DNA of 56,126 bases, counting the filler, from Sphacelaria rigidula (lineage: Eukaryota), in the NCBI GenBank assembly GCA_964200075.2. It is 4 parts of 4 records of this genome, joined end to end, with 100 filler letters (N's around TTAATTAATTAA, not from the genome) between each part and the next. Parts side by side here need not be neighbours in the genome. Positions count along the whole stretch, not along the records: positions 1 to 13,957 come from CAXNAA020002552.1; 3 more parts are not named here. The stretch is one strand, 5' to 3'. The stretch's first letter is position 1. Every line of letters begins with the position of its first letter. A program made the translations under genes and the position numbers. The notes beneath the pieces are model-generated. The model was not told the DNA's origin. It did no database searches and worked only from the letters and a program-made list of their open reading frames with translations. Below are positions 1 through 13,423 of this stretch, piece by piece.

Positions 1-108
1 AAAACGGTTTCCACCCCCCCCTTCCCCCCCCCCCCGCCTGGTCCGGCAAAAACCCGGCGTGCTCCGTCCTGGCATGCATGATCATGAGTACACCCTCCCC
101 CCCCCTCA

Positions 109-886
109 GGCGGCGTCTTATCAGAAGTGATTATCACTTTTCAAAAAATCACTTTTGTAAAAAACGACCGATGATTGGTTGCTGCGATACCACCCCCTCC
201 AAAAAGTGCCAAAAAATCACTTTTGCAAAAGTGATTTTGTGACCCCTCGAACGGGAACATACAACACCCCGTTGACAGGGGCATAACCGAAGTCTTGACA
301 GACAAGTCAACAAAATCAAACGTGGACCTGAGGATTGCATTAGCCTCTCAAACCAAAACACACCGCTCTATTCATTGCTGCTCATCAGCTGAGCACGCTG
401 TGCGTGACCTTGTTCAAATCGGTTCAGAATTCAGTGAGAAATAAATGATGATTTGCGTGAGACGCCCGCACAGCACACGCTCAAAAACAGTCAGCAACAG
501 CACGTTTTGGGTTGCTAGGTGACACGCAAGCGGCCGCCTTTCATCTAATACTGGACGGATTTCCGTCAAACAAAGGCTGTCGAGTGTAGATCATCAAGAG
601 CTAGCGCTTGAGCTAATGCGCGTGAGTGGTGAATATCTATCCGTCTGTTTTCTTGGCTAGGTGTGTCGGCGCTGTGTTACCTCTTTGCGTCTTGTCGGCA
701 GCAGTACAGACATTTTGGACTAACGGCCACTTCCAGAACCACCGCATTTTTTACCTGTGCGCAGATCTGGGCTTCGATCTGAACAAACTGCCTGTCGATA
801 AGACACAGCACTGGTCGTTGTGGGGGCAATCACCTCTCCGAAAGTGATTTTTTGTAAACGACAATCACTTCTGATAAGACGCCGCC
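109..886. mobile_element. PIF/Harbinger-type MITE, 778 bp
   Basis: TIR GGCGGCGTCTTATCAGAAGTGATT (109-132) / AATCACTTCTGATAAGACGCCGCC (863-886), 3-bp TSD TCA at 106-108 and 887-889. Confidence 0.88.
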
Positions 887-1569
887 TCAGGGGTGGTCGA
901 GAATGAGGAAAATCGAAAAATTGTGTCCACAAACCGGTTTCTACCTGTTTCTTCACCGGAACACGGAATTGAACGGTACCTTCACCACCACGATGCTGGC
1001 ATAACCCGAGTAGCCCAAAAACGAGGAGTTTGGGCATTTCAGTTGTTCTAGCGGCCGCAGCTTGGCCGCAGGGAAGAGAACTTGTCCGTTGGATGATGAC
1101 TCTCAGTCAAGGTGAACGCTGGAAAATGACTTGGGGTAGGTGTTACTGTAGCGAGGCCGCAATGCTGGAGAGGGCTGCGTACTCAGGACGTGAACCCGAG
1201 GGGGTTCAGTTTGTCGATCAACGAAAGTGTACCACGAGTGGTACGTGTTGCTGAGTGACACCCGAGGTACACCACTACCGTGACTTGACTGAATAATTCC
1301 AACCAGCATAAAAATGTTCTGACAGTACTCCCATGGTGTCAACCGATTGTAGTAGATGAGTCATCAAGGATGATCACCTGGTGCCCGCTCAGGCAGTGCT
1401 CGCGTCCGAACAGCTGTAGAGGAGCAATCTCCAAAGGTCGGCATACTGCACAGCAACACAGGTAGAAGCGACAAATGAGAATCTCGTGAAAATGGTGTCG
1501 CTAAAGAAAGTAGCCAATAAGTCACAGTTTTGTATTCTTTTTCCGTGCTGGCATAATCTGTTCCAATTA

Positions 1570-1800
1570 AATTCGACCCCACGATCGACGAGGGAAAGTA
1601 GGGAGTGCTCCACCCCTCTGTCGATAAAAGAAAAATAAGGGAAGCACCGCAGTAGAAAGGCGGAGAACTAAAACAAATAAAGGAGAAAAAACTTCTGTGT
1701 TGGCCTTCCTCCTGTGTGACCCCGGCTTGTACGTCCATATATACCGAAAGGTGTAGACTGGCGTCCAGAACAGATGGGACGACAACACAGACACATCAAA
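1570..1800 (+). mobile_element. SINE family B copy (5'-truncated)
   Basis: Body homologous to 37130-37350. Confidence 0.7.
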
Positions 1801-2319
1801 TACAGACGTTGCTCAGCCAAGGCTCGACGTACCCCCACCACCTGCTGTGTAGCCATGAGCATACACAGCTTGTACACAAGCTTCGCACAAGCCGGGAAAA
1901 GCCGTTCATGCACGTGCTGTACCTACTACTATCGTCATTATCTATCTGATCAGGGGGGTATCTACAAATCCAAAATGGGGTACCCCCCCCCCCCCCCCCC
2001 CCCCCCCCCAAAAAAGGGTGTTGGGAAAAGGGGGGGGGGAAAAACAATTTACACCCTTTATAGCACATAGGGGCCCACTTGCAGTCCGCCTGTAGGTGAA
2101 CTACGTCCTTATTTTGACGGTCGTGATTGGTCAGAATGGTCATTCCGCGCCTCTCAGGCCTCGTTCCTGGCTCAGGACCTTCCGCGGGACATTTCCAAAT
2201 AATCATGGCTGAACTGGTGAGCTTTTCGTGTGGTGTTTTGCCGACAGACCAGTAGTGTTTATCAAGGTTGGGCTAAAATATGTTCGTGGTTGATATTACT
2301 TGATTTTAGTCTGAACAAA

Positions 2320-2500
2320 GATAATCGCACCTTTAGTAGGGCTGACAGTCCTGTGTTCTCCTCGCAAAACGCGTTTTCGTTGAAATCGGCGCCAGTGTGG
2401 GGTCTACCAAAGCCGCACTTTGCCTACGGAACGCCATGTACCTTCCTTACCCGAGGGTTCACGGTATACCGTGGGACGAGGTTGGGGTTAGGCGTAGGGA
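2320..2500. repeat. Dispersed repeat (copies at about 3410-3590; fragments at about 6645-6730 and 28330-28420)
   Basis: GCTGACAG.CC..TGTTC..CTCGC..AAACG..CACTTTGCC..CCTT.CCCGAGGG shared between copies. Confidence 0.55.
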
Positions 2501-2808
2501 TAGTTGTAAAATGTGTCAACCATGAACATATTCTAGCCCAACGCTGGTCAACCCTTGGACCATGGTGCGGGTACGAGTAGTCCATCTGAATCACCGATAA
2601 TATGTTCAAGTGAAAATTGGTGCCGATTGAGCAAGTGACCCTACCCACCATCGCCGTCAAGGGCTTACCTAGACTCGGACAGACTCCCCCCCTCGTCACA
2701 AACCACCCCCCTGCCCCATCCACTGGAAACCCCCGAATGTTTCCGGACTGTCAGCCTGTGAAACCGTTCCGAGGCGACGCTCGCTGTCTAGGGGTTAATA
2801 ACAGGAGT

Positions 2809-3152
2809 AGACCATTTTTTATGGCAACCAATCCGTATTTTTGTACAAATATGAAAATTTCAGCCTGTCTAAAGCCGATTTTCTCGAGTGAATTGATTTT
2901 TCGCACGCCAGTCCGTTGGGCAATGATTTTCGCCTAGCCCTGAAGAAACCAGATCGATTCTCCGATTCGCTGGACTTTGACACTACTTGGTTTATCACCT
3001 TTCTGCTTAGATCGGGAGACTCCCGCATCTCCCCCGATTCGGGCCAACGGACTAGGGACCAAAGAATCAATCCACAGGAGAATATTGGCTGAAGACTGGC
3101 TGAAATTCTCATATTTGTGCAAATACGGGTCGGTTGCAATAAAAAGGCGCTC
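2809..3152. mobile_element. Foldback MITE (family shared with 25927-26409)
   Basis: Arms AGACCATTTTTTATGGCAACC..GTACAAATATGAAAATTTCAGC vs GCTGAAATTCTCATATTTGTGCAAATACGG..GGTTGC. Confidence 0.7.
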
Positions 3153-6100
3153 AACTTTTGACACGAGATTTTCATTGTAAATACGCAAAACATATTCGAA
3201 GAAACAAAGAAAAAAAAACGAAATTATAGGGCGATTTGAAATTTCAGCAACGAAAAGATAATGAATACCATAACCCCACGAACGGAACAAAAAACTGTTG
3301 CTGCTCTGTGCTTCAACCAACAACGCAGAGTTGACCAAATGGTCGGAAACAAGGATGGTTGCTACTTGATTGTAGGATAAACCCTGTATTTTATAAAATC
3401 TTTAGAGGTGCTGACAGACCCGAGTGTTCCTAGCTCGCCCAAAACGTGCTTGGCGCCATAGGCCCCGATTTCAGGTCTGCCGACGCACGCTTTGCCCAGA
3501 GGGCACCCTATGCACCTCCTTGCCCGAGGGGTCTCTTATGCCTTGGTCGGGGTTGACGTTGGAGATACAGGGGTAGGCTTGGCGGCACCTCAGTCATACT
3601 ATACAAACCATAATTTCCGACCACTTGGTAAACAGCCCTCGCTTCGAGCACGAATATTTTACTTGCGGGCAAAAAAAGGTACTTATGAAATTCATCTCAA
3701 AACGCATAAAATTGGATCGCGCCTGGAACGTTCTGTGTGACACTGCTACGCCCCGGCATGGAGGTCACGAGTTCGAATTTCGACAGCTCCTAATTTTTTA
3801 CGCACGATCTGTTTCCATCGTGTATATGCAGTAAATTTTTATTTTTGAGCGGCAGAGCGTGCGTCGCCAGATTGTTCTGCAGTTCACAGCGATGATTCGG
3901 GAAACTGAAAGAGTTTTACAGTAGTAGTAGTAGTGTATGCCCTAAATGAATGTGCACACACACATGTTTTATGGCGGGCCCAGCACGTACAGAAAGCACG
4001 AGCACCAGCAACCGTGGCAGCCGCAGAATCGATTCTTGTACCGGGCTACGTCGGGGGTACATAAAATCCGACTTCACGCTCGACGAGGGAAAGGGACAGC
4101 TGAACCCTTTTCGCGGTAAAAAGGAAGGCTATGAGCACCGCAGAAGGAAGATGGAGGACTATTTTTTTTTACTAGAATGCAACTCCTATTTTGACATTCC
4201 ACCTGTGTTACTCCGGCCGTTACGCGCCCATGTATACTGTATGACAAAAGGTGTAGACTGGCGTCTAGAATATGGATGGAATGGCAACACACACATGATC
4301 TACAATTCACCAAATGAACCCAACTACCAAACCCAGTCTCCGATTTCACATATATCTCTATCTGTGTCCGCCCGGGCTCGGCGCCAACCAACTTGTCAAT
4401 GCTTTCGGGAGAATTATTTGGCTACTATTTTGTGTTCTTGTTTCGCGGCCCTTCCCATCACGACCAAAAAACGGGCGGTGAGACGGGAAAATGAACGGTT
4501 CTCATCCTATCACCTACACGCTATAGCTCAGCATCTCGGCCATGGTGAGTTGCTTGTAGTCGAGAGCGTTTCTTGGTGGCGCGTATGTTCTAATCTCCCA
4601 TCCCTCGCTCCTGCCAATCAGAAAGTACATGTCGACTCTAGAGGCCAAGGTGTGTGTGTCTACACGGGATGATGGCGACAGGTTGCAGTAAACCTACTTC
4701 CCTGAACTCGGGTTTGATGCGTGCTGCGTACGCGGGTTGGAGTGTTATCCATCGTCATGTACAGCCAACGAAAGAGGAACAAGGAAGCTTGGTACTACAA
4801 GTTCGCACTGTGAAGTTTCTCGTCGTTAAGCGTTGACCAGAGTAGCTATGGAGAGAGGCAGGATCAGAAGAGCGGCTGTACTGGCAAACCTACTCTCGGG
4901 AAGTCTTTGGGTGCCGCTGACGCTTTACTCCGCAAGAGGTCAATACCATCTCCTGGAACCAGCAACTTCGCAGCAAATCGGGTGATGCCGCTATACACTG
5001 TTGTTCGAGCGACACGCACAGTCACCAGGCTACCAGGAGCACAGCCTCCTCTCCTCGCATGTCGGAGATACTAGTGACCAAAGCGAGCAAGGCCAACAAG
5101 ACCACCATGCGGGTAATTATTCATCATCGACGTGAACCGTTTTCGGTTCGTTTGTTTCTGGTTCACTCTATTTTGGTTCGGAATCAGCCATGATGCAACA
5201 CTTTACATTACAACCAGCACAGTGGAGTAGAGTGTTGCACTACGTTGTTGTGCCGTAGAGCACACCAGAGAATCACATAGGAGTAGAGTAGGGTAGGGTA
5301 GAGTACAGTATAGTATGTTTCGTATACGGGTAGTCGTTGCTGTAATTGCAGTGTAGTACTTATGCAGCACATGTTGGCACCAACAGCACGATAACCCGAC
5401 GAAATGCAAACTACACTGACAGTATGGTGCTGTGCTGCACGATGCTGTGTGCAGTGCAGTAGAGTAGAGTAGTGCATGATAACCCGGCCGCAATACATCT
5501 TCTCCCCGGAACTATTTCCTACCTGGTATTTACGATAGCCAACTGATCGTAGCACCCCATGTCGATGGAACCTCGACGCCCTCGAAAACTGCTGTCGCTG
5601 ACGAAACGGCAAGCAAGAGCCCTCTCGTCAGACGTGCAACTTGTGTTTACCGCACACCGCAATCCACGGTACGAAGCTTGCGGACACGCACTCTTGAACC
5701 GAAGAGTTAACGGCTTGAGTTCGGTACACAACACGTTTCCAGCTGATGTTAGTGCAGTTTATCCCCACCTAGGCACTGATCCTGCTCGCACTGCTGTGTT
5801 TGGTGAAGACTGAAGACATGTACTTACGACAGGCAACGGCATATCTTTTGGGAACGATGTCATTGCTTTGATTTTTCGAGCGTTTTCAAACGTTTGAATT
5901 TGAAAACTGAACTGGGGGGAGGGGGGGGGGGGGGCACACGCCGGAGGCACGCGACCTAGCAGTCTCCATCCACTGTCCAATTCTCAACGGTGTGTTGTAA
6001 TCCACCGAGGGAAAGCAGACCAATTGATTCTGCGGTCTCTCTCGTTTTCACATGGTTCAGGTTGGAGCGTATGAATCTTGACAACGTGGGGGATGTTGCT

Positions 6101-8578
6101 ACTGTTGATGTATCAACCAACGGCGAATAGCACCCTCTACCTCGAAGTTGTGCACACGGCGTTCACGAGATACACGTTGCGAGACCACGATACCCGATAG
6201 CCTGGGCAATCGCTCTCACTCAACATGTGAGTCAAATGCTTCATTGTGTGTCAATCTGCCAGGGAGTGGATTAACAACGTCTGTATTTGGACGAATGGGT
6301 CACTTCAAACTGACTTATGTTCGAAAATCATGGCAGCAAACTTGCACCCCGTTGGCCACATGGGTGGGCCATCTGGGTCTTGTACTCAATTTTCAAGTGA
6401 GAATGATGCTGATTCAACATGTGACCGACCCAACCTCGCGGCCGAAGGATAACTGCAAATGGCTGCTGCTCACCAAGGTTAACCTTGGCCACTGAAGAAA
6501 ATCACTTCGTACTGCGGTGGCGTAGTGTGGTAAACTCTGGATGTGCCAGGCCTCGAGGTTGCGTGTGTTCGGGTGCCAGTGCATGCGTTACACATTTGAA
6601 TACACCCCTGCTGCGGTGGCATATCACAACTGTTGGACTTTTCCTGATTGGTACAGTACCTTTTTGCGCCGCATTTTCACTTCAAAACGCTAACTTTTCA
6701 TTCTCGACCGTTTCGGTAGTAGGCGAGAAGAATCTTGGAACAACAGTAATGAAAGGGACTAGTACCGACCATGCAACCACAGTAGTTATAGATTCGTCAT
6801 GTGTCACCACCACGACCACGCGCCAAACACTGCACAGCAGCCCCTACTCTTTATAGGCAAGGTGAGTCAGGCCACACAGGCGTTGGACTCTTCGCGACAG
6901 TATTATGGCTGTAGGTATGAGCTCTAAGATTCCCACGACGGTGGTTGTCGTCATTCGTTGTCGTCATTCAGATCGCATGGATTTGGGGAAGAGTTGTTGT
7001 TAATGATGTCTGTGCTCCAGTGCTAGATTGGATATAGGTACTTTCTCCGTGTCACCTCCGCCCAAAAGATTCATTCGTTTGCAACAGGATCCATTATTTG
7101 TTTGGTGCTGACCCTCCCCCCACTACATGGACTATGGCGTGCATGATCATAAGTACACTACATTGACGGCCATCCTTGCTTTTTCCGCATACACTCGTGA
7201 TGCGCACTTGCGTGTACGTACCTCAATTCACCGCGTACGAGATGGAGTGTGCAGCCGCGTGCAGTTTGGCTCAGCTGCTCATGCATCCATGTGTTGTTCG
7301 TCGTTTCCCAAGCAAGGATGATCGCACAGTGTTCGTATTCACTGCCCCCAAAAAAACGCACTGTTTTGTATGCGCAGAGTATATTTAACATGACAGAAGC
7401 CATCATGTGCACTTTAAGTGTCATACGGTGTAGCAGATGTACGGTGCAGTATGCACATGTTGACGGTAAAAAATCGTATGATAGACTATGCCAGCGGACT
7501 GCGCGCATTTTCGATGCCGAACGATAGCCGAACGAATCGCAGATATGCCGTGCAGTGTCGAACGACTGGGAAACTCAGCCGATGCCAACGGCCCGTAAAC
7601 TAGTAACCTGTAACACTAGTCCCACAGCACAGTGTTTGGCACCCGATGCACTCAACTCTACTACTGTTGTGACGAAGATTTGAGACACACAACGCACAGT
7701 ACAACTGTAGTAGGCAGGATGACAAAATCGGCTTTTGCGGGGTTGAGTCTGACTTCAACATTCCTGTCAAAATATCGTGACGTGTACAATTATTGTTCAC
7801 CTATGAATTAGCTTAAAATGGTCACATGGGGCTCGGGTGAGTCACCTTTTTGCCCTCTGCACAAAGGCTCAGATACGCAAACGCAGGCGTTCACGTTCGA
7901 CGCGAATTCGCAACGTTCTGCGTACCTAGACCTTTTAACGAGACGATAGCACCGTCTGTAATTATAACAACGTGCTTGGAAAAAAGTAGGACAAGAGTAC
8001 GTGCGGTAGTGCGGCATCTTGAACTTTGGGTACAAGGTATGACGTGACGTGTACAACTGTCTCTGCGTTGTACTCATACCATATGTGAAGGATAACGACC
8101 ACTTACGACTCGGGTGAGTCATCTCGTTGTCGTTGATGCGCAAAAGTGGTCACATCAGGGGAAGATGAAAATGCAACACTCGTCCCGGCAGTACGTACTC
8201 AACCCTACTCAACCCGGTAAAACTTCCTCACTTCATCTGCCAATATTTGTATTTTTTGCAGGTGGTGTTTCGTGCCTTGGCACGTTACCACCGCCAGGTG
8301 GAGTTGGGCGGAGCTACAACATTGGCGACACTGCTGCTGTACGCTGCGCCAGACTGAGCACACCAGGTAGTGATACTTTTGAGCGCTGACTTCTCTCTTG
8401 GCGGAGTAGCTGGACCGGAACCAATCGCGTCAGCTTCAGTCGTCCATGGCTACGGCACCGGAGGAGTGGAAGCGGTAAGCGGGGTGTGAAATGCGAGCGA
8501 CCGTATACTCCCGCAAAGACCAAGCCATGTAAATATGGACCCGTAGGAGTTAATTACCAGAAAATTTGCCAATTTGGC

Positions 8579-8886
8579 TTTACCCTTGGACAGCGAGAGT
8601 AGGCCATCTGTTGAATCGGCATCATTTTCACTTGAAAAAGTATGGATGATTTAGATGGACTACCCTCCTCGCGGTCTAGGGGTCAACCCTTAGACCGCAA
8701 GCGTAGTTCATCTGGACCACGCATACCTTTTCCAAGTGAAGTTGATACCGATTTAACAAATAACCCACTCTCGTTGTCTAAGGGTTACCCTTGGACAGCG
8801 AAAATAGGCCATCTATTGAAGTGGCATCAATTTCACTAAAAAAAAGTATGCGTGGTCCAGATGGACTACGCTTGCGGTCTAGGGGA
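8579..8886. repeat. Three units of about 105 bp in alternating orientation (forward-reverse-forward)
   Basis: TTACCCTTGGACAGCGA...GCGGTCTAGGGG at 8579-8683 and 8785-8886; the reverse complement lies between them at 8687-8787. Confidence 0.85.
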
Positions 8887-9894
8887 CAAGTCGGTGGACC
8901 TGTTTACGGTATGTCTCCATCAACGGTTCAAGTGATACATTTGCAAGACTAGATTCAGGTGCACCGGTTTTGTCATCACCAGGCTTGATCATCTTCTGTG
9001 GGCGAAATCTGAACACAGAATGGTGACCTGTGACCTGCACCTAGGGTTCTCGTAGGCTGGGCACCCACTATTGGAATGTATTTCGTATGTAGCTGATCTC
9101 CAGCAAGAGAGTGTGTGCTCAGGAGTCATAGCCTCGAAGGCTGCAAACCGGCAATATCGGCCTGGGGGATGGCGAGGAGTGGAGGGGAGGGGGAGGGGGG
9201 GGGGGTCTGAATATAAGAGCTAGTGCGATAGAAAAAAAATGCCTTGGGTTGTGACAAATCCGGGTTGGATTTGAAAATAACTTCAGGAAGTCCTCATCAC
9301 CCCCCCCCCCCCCCCNNNNNNNNNNGTGATGGGGTTGGAACAACCGGGGTGTGGTGTTAAAATAATCTCACCAGTGCCTCCTCCCCCCCCCCCCCCCCCC
9401 CCCTCCCTCTCCAAAGGTACATAATTGTCTGTGCGCTGCCCGGCATGTAAATAAACCACATTTGGCTTGGGGGAAACTGTGGGTAGTCCGTATTATTCGT
9501 GAGAAATTTGCTCTTCCCCCCATTTTGTTTTGTTCACACGTTTGACTCCCCCCCTTCCTCGGGACGAGTCCGCAGCCTCAAGGGATCAACAAACCCATCT
9601 CTCTCCCGGTACGCGCTTCCCATTTTTGTGTAGCGGTTTGGATCAGATCAGTCTTTCCGCACCGCGGTGACTGTCGTCCAACAAACTCAGCCAAGCAGAC
9701 TCTTTTGACGACTCGCGTCCTAACGCGTTTAGAGACGGAAATGAGGTACGACGGTACGGTACTTGCAAAAAGAAGCCAAACTGGAAGCTACTGGCGGGAA
9801 TCGAAGCCGCGCTTTTCCCGCCCAAATGGTGTCAATCGTGCCATTAGACTACAGGGGCGCGTCGGCCTATATGATCGGGTGAGGGTGGGCGAGA

Positions 9895-10070
9895 GGAGGG
9901 GGGGGGAGGTACTCATCACGTTGCATACCGTAGTCATATGGCTGTTGGCCTCGTATCCCTACAAAGCCGGGACGGAGCACGTCGGGTTTTCGCCGGACCA
10001 GGCTCGCAATATCCAATCGCGAATCGCCGCCGTGTATTCGGCGAGTCGCATGAAGGGTGGGCTGCATCCT
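9895..10070 (-). mobile_element. Family A, longer variant
   Basis: (G)n-GTACTCAT..GTAGTCAT..ATCCCT..GACGGAGCAC..TTCGGCGAGTCGCATGAAGGG; homologous to 38228-38380, 46832-46980, 30608-30718 and 36-105. Confidence 0.75.
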
Positions 10071-10664
10071 TCGAACCACTAAACCTATGAGTTATGAAGC
10101 CTGGACGCTCGAACGAGAGGAGGAGTTGACCGCGGGTCGAGAAAGTCTGAGCAGAATTTGGGCTATTCCACGTGCCTGGGGTGCGCGTACCTGAAGCGCA
10201 ACGCTGAAAACGAAGCCCAAGGATTACCCTGAAAGCAAATGATGCTCGGACGAAATCATTATTCGTCCTGCCTCTGTAAAATTATTCGACCCGAACCGTA
10301 CTGGTCATCTTGCACATGCATGACAACCTCCAATTAATTACTTCATTTTGTGGTATAGCCACTCCCAGAGACAGCCACGGAGTACACACTGCCACCTGCC
10401 GAGCACGCTGCCACCGCTGCCTACTAAAGGTTGGGAGGTGTACTATTATAGACGAAGACATTGCTGTGTGATTTTTTTTCGCACTTGCCTAGCCCTTCCC
10501 CGGGCAGATGTCCCTTTGGACTCGGCTTTCGAACTGGTGCATTTGTAGAGCCCTGCGGACAGGGCAGGTGGGGGCGGGGGAGGGGGAGGGGGGGCGAATC
10601 TTCCTAAATACCAACCATCCCCCAATGCAAGTGCCCTTCGTGATTTTGTCCGACGTGGCGGCAC

Positions 10665-10925
10665 CTTCTTCCCGGCGATAATTCAGCCCGCGTCGAACTT
10701 CCCCGATTTCACGGGAAGCGACCTCGTCGACGGGCGATTCGTTTTCGTACTCGGCCTGGTCCGCTACGTCGTCGTGGTCCCCCTTGCCGTCGCCACCCGC
10801 ACCCAAGGCCGCGGACTCGGCAGCAGGCTCATGAACTTGATTTTTCATAAATACGGAACGATGCGGATTATCCCAGTAGTACATTACAGTACTCCGGTCG
10901 TGCAGTCGTTCCACAGTTGTATTGC
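10665..10925 (-). CDS. Putative internal exon of an unknown protein
   Basis: Open GC-rich acidic frame (..MYYWDNPHRSVFMKNQVHEPAAES..DDVADQAEYENES..) after a TGCAG acceptor; donor uncertain; no recognisable domain. Confidence 0.35.
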
Positions 10926-11702
10926 CTGCACTTGAACAAGAAACTCACTGACTGCTCCGGGCCGTCGTCCCGCACACGTGCTATAACAGTGGGTTTGCCT
11001 ACCAAGCTCTCAACGCATTGCCTGCCAAGCGCTCCACACATTCAATGACCATCGATTCGATCTTTGGCATCACCGGGAAAAGCAATTCAAGCACCGACCC
11101 TTTCAGGTCCTGCTCAGCACTCTTCATCTCACACAAATAATGACTCATATGTGAAATCAATTCAATTCAATTCGGTGATTGAACGTTCTCCTGCTCCCAC
11201 AAGACACACATTCCTTCGATTCTCTCTTCGTGTTTTCACAGACCCTCACCGAAATTCTCCGAGGAAGTCCCAGTTGCGCCCGGGGATTTCAAGGTCGTTT
11301 CGTGGTACTAAAAACAAGTAATTTGCCCCGAAACCCTCCTTGGCTTGCAACTGGATTGCAAATAACCGTAAATGAGCGTACGTTTTTTTTAGAGTTTCAT
11401 GGAAATTCTGGAGGCTTTCCCTGGCGCACTTTTCATCCACTGACGTTTAATTTTGGTCGCTTCAGCTCCGTCGGTGTGCCATCCGTCGATGTGGTTGGTC
11501 CACACTCCCCACAATGAAAAAAAAAGATTCCAAACAGCCGCACTATTTTACTGCACGGCTATTTGCGCTGCGATCTCCAAGGGTTCTTTTTAACGAGTCG
11601 TTTCTTCAGGGTTTTTTGTGTATTCATTTTTTCGAAAAAAAATGTTTTTTTCCCGACTTTCCCCCCCAAAACTCTGGAAAAATATCGACGCTTATGACTA
11701 CA

Positions 11703-12164
11703 ATGGCACACAGATTTTTGGCCCACGGATTGTTCACTTTTGGGACGTTTGACCCACCTTTTGACCCCCCAAAACAGAGAAAACCGCCAACACACGTCTC
11801 GGACACTTTGCATCACCCCACAAAGAGGGGCCAAGCCCACTTTTCAGATTGACTTGGCTCCAAGGTTTCGAGAGCGGCCGCTCAACAATTATCCGTGTGC
11901 AACAAAATCTACGGCGATCTTCACAGATTATTGGGCAAACTGGCGGAGGTCGGCAAGCACAATTTTTTGCACACGAATTATTGTTCACCGGCCAATCTCG
12001 AAACCTCGGAGCCAAGCCAATCTGAAAAGCAGACTAGGCTCTTCTCTGTGGGGTGATGCAAAGTGTCCGAGACGTGTGTAGTCGGTTTTCCATGTTTGGG
12101 GGTCAAAAAGTGGATCAAACGTCCGGAAAGTTAACAATCCGTGGGCGAAAAATCTGTTTGCCAT
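11703..12164. mobile_element. Foldback element
   Basis: Arms ATGGCACACAGATTTTTGGCCCACGGATTGTT..GGACACTTTGCATCACCCCAC and their reverse complement. Confidence 0.8.
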
Positions 12165-12250
12165 AACATCCGGTCTAAGTCGGAGAAATCTGTCGGTATA
12201 GCACTGTTTCTCTTAGTTGTTTTATTTTGGGGGGGAAGACGCATGTTATA

Positions 12251-12650
12251 CAGTTTCGGGGCATTTCACACGGCTTTTAGCCCGCAAACAAGGGATATCG
12301 CCATCACATGTCTTGGACACTTTGCATCACCCCACAGAGGGGAGTCTGATCCAGCCGCCGTTTTCCGATGCTTTTGGCTCTGAGGTTCCGCGATTGACCT
12401 CGAAAAAAATAATCCAACTGAACGAAAAAATGCGGTGTCTGCAGTTGTTTTCACTTCAAAATACCTGCAGAGACACCATTTTTTTGTTCACTTGGATTTT
12501 TGTTCAGAGGCCAATCTCGAAACCTCGAATCCAAGCGAATAAAAAAAGTGGGCTAGACTCCTCTCGGTGGGGTGATACAAGGTGCCCGGGACATGTGATG
12601 GCGATATCCCCTGTTTGGGGCCAAAAACTGTGTCGAATGTCCCAACACTG
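12251..12650. mobile_element. Foldback element related to 11703-12164
   Basis: Arms GGGATATCGCCATCACATGTC..CACCCCAC / GTGGGGTG..GACATGTGATGGCGATATCCC; shares the core GGACACTTTGCATCACCCCACA. Confidence 0.75.
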
Positions 12651-13423
12651 GAAAATACCCCCCCCCCCCTTCATTTGACATTCTCGGTACTTGACAACCC
12701 ATTGCTGCTAGTGATGAAATTTCCAATAGATGACTATTAAATAACTGATTTTATCTATGCATTGCTAGGCATTGAAAAGTCACAAACCCAGTCGGGGCAA
12801 CAAAAGAGACTTTCCAAGATGTAAACACGGGAACACCATCATATGACTACGGCATGCTGGGTCATGAGTACACCTCCCCCCCCCGCCATAACAACCGTAA
12901 GAAACGATCTTGGTCTTGAAATTGATCTATTGCCTGACGTGGTTCAAAAATATGCCCTCACTTTTTTGCCAATTCGGAGATTTCGGCGGGGGGAAATAGG
13001 CTTGTTAATAATCAATACCCCTAAAAGATTAAGTACAGATAAAATGAGACGAAAACAAAGCATCAACAGGGGAAAAAAAACGTAAAAAGACTTCATGAAT
13101 TATCATCACACAAACGGAAACGCTATGAAAACTGCACAAACACTGAACGGAAACGGCACAGTTTCATTCACTAGCGACACCCGAAGTATCGAGTACTGTA
13201 GTACCGTGTGGATACGGGGTGATCACAGGGGGACCCCGGCCGGGATACGACGATGTACGGGTTCTAAAAACGCCCCCAAGTAACGGGATACCGTACACGG
13301 CACTCGCCCGTACTGGACGTCAGGTGCCAACGTCTACAGACAGGTAGCGATATCATGAAACAGTTCAAGAATATCAGCGCGGTGTGCTCAGGTGTGGAAA
13401 ACGTTCACACCTCTGGGTGACTG

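Noticed and set aside
3950..4672. 240-aa ORF
   Set aside because: Overlaps a SINE B copy, has no domain and non-protein-like composition
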